Source: Rhodospirillales bacterium
GTDB taxonomy: Bacteria > Pseudomonadota > Alphaproteobacteria > Rhodospirillales > Magnetospirillaceae
Assembly (NCBI GenBank): GCA_030040955.1
Contig: JASHSH010000365.1
Location: forward strand, 1-27,442
Direction: 5' to 3'
Length of the DNA: 27,442 nt
Of the stretch, positions 24,025 to 27,442 are shown piece after piece; the stretch's first letter is position 1; every line of letters starts with the position of its first letter. Below the pieces are notes generated by a model, which had not been told where the DNA came from, did not search any database, and saw only the letters and a list, made by a program, of their open reading frames with translations. Made by a program: the position numbers and the translations under genes.

Positions 24025-25438
24025 CGGGCAACCCCGCGCGGCGCGCCAGCTCGTGCAGGCTCCGCCGGGCGAATCGGGGCCGCGCGCGCACCCGCATCCA
24101 ATCGCGCAATCCGGGGAGCCCTCGCGGCAGCAGCCCGCCCAGACGGGTGAGCGTCCAGACCATCGGGCGATACAGAACCGGCGTGGCGTAGATCGCGGCC
24201 CAGGCCGACCAGACGAGCGACTCGAACGCGCTTCGCCGCGCTCCCGCGCCCTGCACCGCGCGGCTGTCCGCCCGCGTGCCCTCGCGGCGCAGCCGCACCA
24301 AGATGTCGCCGATGGGGATCGCCACCGGGCAGATTTCGGTGCAGGCCTCGCACAACGCGGAGGCATGCGGCAGATCGCCCACCTTCTCCAGTCCCAGCAT
24401 CTGCGGCATCAGGATCTTGCCGATCGGTCCCGGATAGGTGCCGGGATAGGCGTGGCCGCCCACCCGCGTATAGACGGGGCAATGGTTCATGCAGGCCCCG
24501 CAGCGGATGCAGCGCAGCACGTCGCGCAGCTCGGCATCGGCGTAGACGCGGGTGCGCCCGTTGTCGAGGATCACGAGGTGCATCTCGTCGGGCCCGTCCT
24601 TCTCTCCCGCGCGCCGCGGACCGGTGATCATGTTGACGTAGCCGGTGATCGGCTGGCCGGTGGCGGAGCGGGTGAGCAGCGCGAGCAACGCGGGCACCTG
24701 GTCGAGCCGCTCGATCACCTTTTCGATGCCCATCAGCGCGATATGGACCGGCGGAACCGTGGTGCACAGCCGCCCGTTGCCCTCGTTCTCGACCAGCACC
24801 AGCGTGCCGGTTTCGGCGACGGCGAAATTCACCCCGCTGATGCCGGCATCCGCCCGCTCGAACTTCTCGCGCAGCACGGCGCGCGCCAGCGCCGTCAGCT
24901 CGTCCACCTCCTCGGAATAGCGCGCCCCCTTGATCCGCTCGAAGAACAGCTTGGCGATCTGGCGCCGGTTCTTGTGGATCGCCGGCATGATGATGTGCGA
25001 GGGCGTCTCGTGGTCGAGCTGGATGATGTATTCGCCGAGATCCGCCTCCAGCACCTCGATGCCTTCGCCCTCGAGGAAGTGGTTGAGATGCATCTCCTCG
25101 GAGACCATCGACTTGCCCTTGACCACCAGGCGCGCGCCGCGCCGGCGCAGGATATCGCCGACGATGGCATTGCCCTGCTCCACCGTCTCCGCCCAATGGA
25201 CGCGCACGCCACGCTCGACCAGTTTGGCCTCGAGGCGCTCGAGCAGCTCGGGAAGCCGGGCCAGCGCGCGAAGGCGGGCGGCGGCGCCGAGGGCGCGCAG
25301 ACCGGCCCAGTCGCCCGCCCGGGCGAACAGATCGGCGCGGCGGCTCATCAGCCCGTCCATGGCGCGGCGGAAGTTGGCCCGCAGTTCGGGATCGGCCAGG
25401 GCCTTTCGCGCCGAGACGCGGAATTCAGCCGTCGCCAC
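24017..25438 (-). CDS. lutB: lactate utilization protein B (Fe-S subunit, YkgF-like)
   Basis: Probable GTG 25438 start. Motifs VKGKSMVSEE, EADLGEYIIQL, PSHIIMPAIHK, NEGNGRL, CIRCGACMNHCP and LCEACTEICP. Confidence 0.93.
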   Translation of the reverse strand: MATAEFRVSARKALADPELRANFRRAMDGLMSRRADLFARAGDWAGLRALGAAARLRALARLPELLERLEAKLVERGVRVHWAETVEQGNAIVGDILRRRGARLVVKGKSMVSEEMHLNHFLEGEGIEVLEADLGEYIIQLDHETPSHIIMPAIHKNRRQIAKLFFERIKGARYSEEVDELTALARAVLREKFERADAGISGVNFAVAETGTLVLVENEGNGRLCTTVPPVHIALMGIEKVIERLDQVPALLALLTRSATGQPITGYVNMITGPRRAGEKDGPDEMHLVILDNGRTRVYADAELRDVLRCIRCGACMNHCPVYTRVGGHAYPGTYPGPIGKILMPQMLGLEKVGDLPHASALCEACTEICPVAIPIGDILVRLRREGTRADSRAVQGAGARRSAFESLVWSAWAAIYATPVLYRPMVWTLTRLGGLLPRGLPGLRDWMRVRARPRFARRSLHELARRAGLPDA

Positions 25439-26171
25439 GCGTCCGCTCCCACAGGAATTCGGCGATGTGCATGGGGCGCACCCGTTCGCCACGCTTGGCG
25501 AGGACGCCGCCGATATTGAGCAGGCAGCCGCAGTCGCCGGAGATCAGCGCCTCCGCCCCGGTGGCGACCACCGCATCGGCCTTGTCGGTCGCCATCGCGC
25601 TCGAAATCTCGGGCTGACGCACCGAGAACACGCCGCCGAATCCGCAGCATTCGCGCTCGCGCGCGACCTCGACCAGGGTCACATTGGCGAGTTCGCGCAA
25701 CAGAAGCTTGGGCTGGTCGCCGACGCCCATCAGGCGCATCGCGTGGCACGAGCCATGCCACGCGACGGTGATCGGCGGACCGAGATCGCGCGGCTTCAGC
25801 CCGATCACGTCGACCAGGAACTGGGTGAGCTCGATGACCCGGGCCGCGACCCGATCCGCCGCCGCCGCATCTTGCGTGCCGGCGAACAGCGCGTGGTAGT
25901 GCGCGCGCATCATGCCGGCGCAGGAGCCGGAGGGGACGACGATCGGAAGGTCGCGCGGGAACAGGCCGAGCTGCGCCGTCGCGACCCGCCTCGCCTCTTC
26001 GGTCCGGCCCGCGCTGTAGGCCGGCTGCCCACAGCAGCTCTGGCCGCGGGGATAGATGACTTCGACGCCCTGCGCCCGCAGTAGCCGGATGCCGGCCATG
26101 CCGGCCTCGGGAAAGAACAGATCCGCCAGGCAGGTGCCGAAATAGTAGACCGCCGCTGGGCGCTCCGGCAT
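25425..26171 (-). CDS. lutA: lactate utilization protein A (CCG-domain Fe-S protein, YkgE-like)
   Basis: YFGTCLAD, CCGQPAY, PSGSCAGM, WHGSCH, CCGFGG and DCGCLLNI. There is a strong GGAGG upstream. Confidence 0.93.
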   Translation of the reverse strand: MPERPAAVYYFGTCLADLFFPEAGMAGIRLLRAQGVEVIYPRGQSCCGQPAYSAGRTEEARRVATAQLGLFPRDLPIVVPSGSCAGMMRAHYHALFAGTQDAAAADRVAARVIELTQFLVDVIGLKPRDLGPPITVAWHGSCHAMRLMGVGDQPKLLLRELANVTLVEVARERECCGFGGVFSVRQPEISSAMATDKADAVVATGAEALISGDCGCLLNIGGVLAKRGERVRPMHIAEFLWERTRGDG

Positions 26172-26246
26172 TCGCCTCCCTCCGATCCCTGGCCGGTGTT
26201 TGAATTATCGCGCATTATGATGGGGACCGCGCCGACGCAAAAGTCC

Positions 26247-27442
26247 ATGGCACCGCCGCCCTACGACCACATCGCCCAACGGCTCGCCGACCATCTGCCG
26301 CCCGAGCGCATCGTGACCGATCCGCTGCGCCTGATGACGTGGGGGACCGATGCGAGCCTCTACCGGCTGGTGCCCAAGATCGTCGTCGTGGTGGAGAGCG
26401 AAGAGGATGTCCGCCTGGTGCTGGAGACCTGCCGGGCGTTCGGCGTTCCGCTCACCTTCCGCGCGGCGGGAACGAGCCTGTCCGGCCAGGCGCTGAGCGA
26501 CTCCGTCCTCGCCGTGCTCGGCGACAAATGGAACTGGGCCGCGGTGGAGGCGGGCGGCGACCGGCTGCGGGTGCGCCCCGGCATGATCGGCGCCGAGGCC
26601 AATCGCCGGCTCGCGCCCTATGGCCGCAAGATCGGCCCCGACCCGGCCTCGATCGACGCCTGCAAGATCGGCGGCATCGTGTCGAACAATTCGAGCGGCA
26701 TGTGCTGCGGCGTGGCCCAAAACACCTACCACACGATGGAAGCGCTGCGCTTCATGCTGACCGACGGCACGGTGCTCGACACCGGCGACGAGACCAGCCG
26801 CGCGGTGTTCCGCCAGAGCCATTCGGGGCTCCTGAACGAGATCGACGCGCTCGCCCGCGACGTGCGCGCCGACGACGAGTTCGCCGCCCGCATCCGGCAC
26901 AAGTTCCGCATCAAATGCACCACCGGCTACAGCATCAACGCGCTGGTCGACTACGCCGATCCGATCGACATCCTCGCCCATCTGATGGTCGGCTCCGAGG
27001 GTACGCTCGGCTTCGTCTCCGAAGTGGTCTACCGCACCGTGCCCGAGCATGCGCACAAGGCCACCGCGCTGCTGTTCTTCGCCGACATCGTCGCCGCCAG
27101 CCGGGCGGTGATGGCGCTGGAGAAGGAGCCGGTGGCGGCGGTCGAGTTGTTCGACCGGGCGAGCCTGCGCTCGGTCGAGGGCAAGCCCGGCGTGCCCGAG
27201 CGGGTGCGCGACCTGCCCGACGAGGCGGCGGCGCTGCTGATCGAGACGCGCGCGGAATCGCCGGCGGCGCTCGGCGCCAACCGGGAATCGGTGGCGCGCG
27301 CGCTTGCGTCCTGCGAGATGCTGGACGCGCTCGCTTTCACGACCGATGCGGCCGAGGCCGCGCTGCTCTGGAACGTGCGCAAGGGGTTGATCCCATCGGC
27401 GGGCGGCGCGCGCCCCAACGGCACCTCGATGATCATCGAGGA
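26247..27442 (+). CDS. dld: FAD-binding/Fe-S oxidoreductase, Dld-II-type D-lactate dehydrogenase, partial (runs off the right edge)
   Basis: Absent from the ORF track. It reads MAPPPYDHIAQRL...WGTDASLYRLVPK...FRAAGTSLSGQA...GPDPASIDACKIGGIVSNNSSGMCCG...KCTTGYSINALVD...GSEGTLGF. In-frame ATGs also occur at 26217 and 26220, and it is divergent from lutABC. Confidence 0.85.
   Translation, partial: MAPPPYDHIAQRLADHLPPERIVTDPLRLMTWGTDASLYRLVPKIVVVVESEEDVRLVLETCRAFGVPLTFRAAGTSLSGQALSDSVLAVLGDKWNWAAVEAGGDRLRVRPGMIGAEANRRLAPYGRKIGPDPASIDACKIGGIVSNNSSGMCCGVAQNTYHTMEALRFMLTDGTVLDTGDETSRAVFRQSHSGLLNEIDALARDVRADDEFAARIRHKFRIKCTTGYSINALVDYADPIDILAHLMVGSEGTLGFVSEVVYRTVPEHAHKATALLFFADIVAASRAVMALEKEPVAAVELFDRASLRSVEGKPGVPERVRDLPDEAAALLIETRAESPAALGANRESVARALASCEMLDALAFTTDAAEAALLWNVRKGLIPSAGGARPNGTSMIIE

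Noticed and set aside
24025-24366. N-terminal extension on lutC, and similar extensions at 4443-4784 and 9124-9279
   Set aside because: They overlap neighbouring genes, and downstream starts give family-typical lengths and tight operon spacing.
1-27442. CRISPR array, tRNA/rRNA, IS element, integrase or clear intrinsic terminators
   Set aside because: I saw no regularly spaced repeats, RNA gene signatures, transposase motifs or hairpin-plus-U-tract elements. The recurring DNA similarity is explained by TPR repeats and paralogous genes.

Overview
High-GC bacterial DNA, probably Alphaproteobacteria (Rhodospirillales-like; inferred from gene content and promoter style). It has three blocks. (1) Positions 1-18262 are a dense island of TPR-containing and other glycosyltransferases: a partial TPR protein, three TPR+GT9-like paralogs, a small orphan ORF, a GT8-like/TPR/2OG-Fe(II) oxygenase fusion, two GT41 (OGT/SPINDLY-like) enzymes, a GT-B-like protein, an intact RmlD, a methyltransferase-GT2 fusion, a GT4, and a full-length but catalytically eroded RmlA. 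This looks like a protein-glycosylation and modification system. (2) Positions 18378-23368 are two tandem paralogs with a metallo-beta-lactamase-fold hydrolase and two cNMP-binding-like domains; only the first carries a C-terminal hemerythrin. (3) Positions 23365-27442 hold lutABC, divergent from a Dld-II-type FAD/Fe-S D-lactate dehydrogenase that runs off the right edge. I saw no rRNA, tRNA, CRISPR array or transposase. The best candidates for new biology are the GT8-TPR-oxygenase fusion with its rmlD/GT41 operon, the MBL-CNB(-hemerythrin) pair, and the pseudo-RmlA. All family calls come from motif reading and recall, not database searches.
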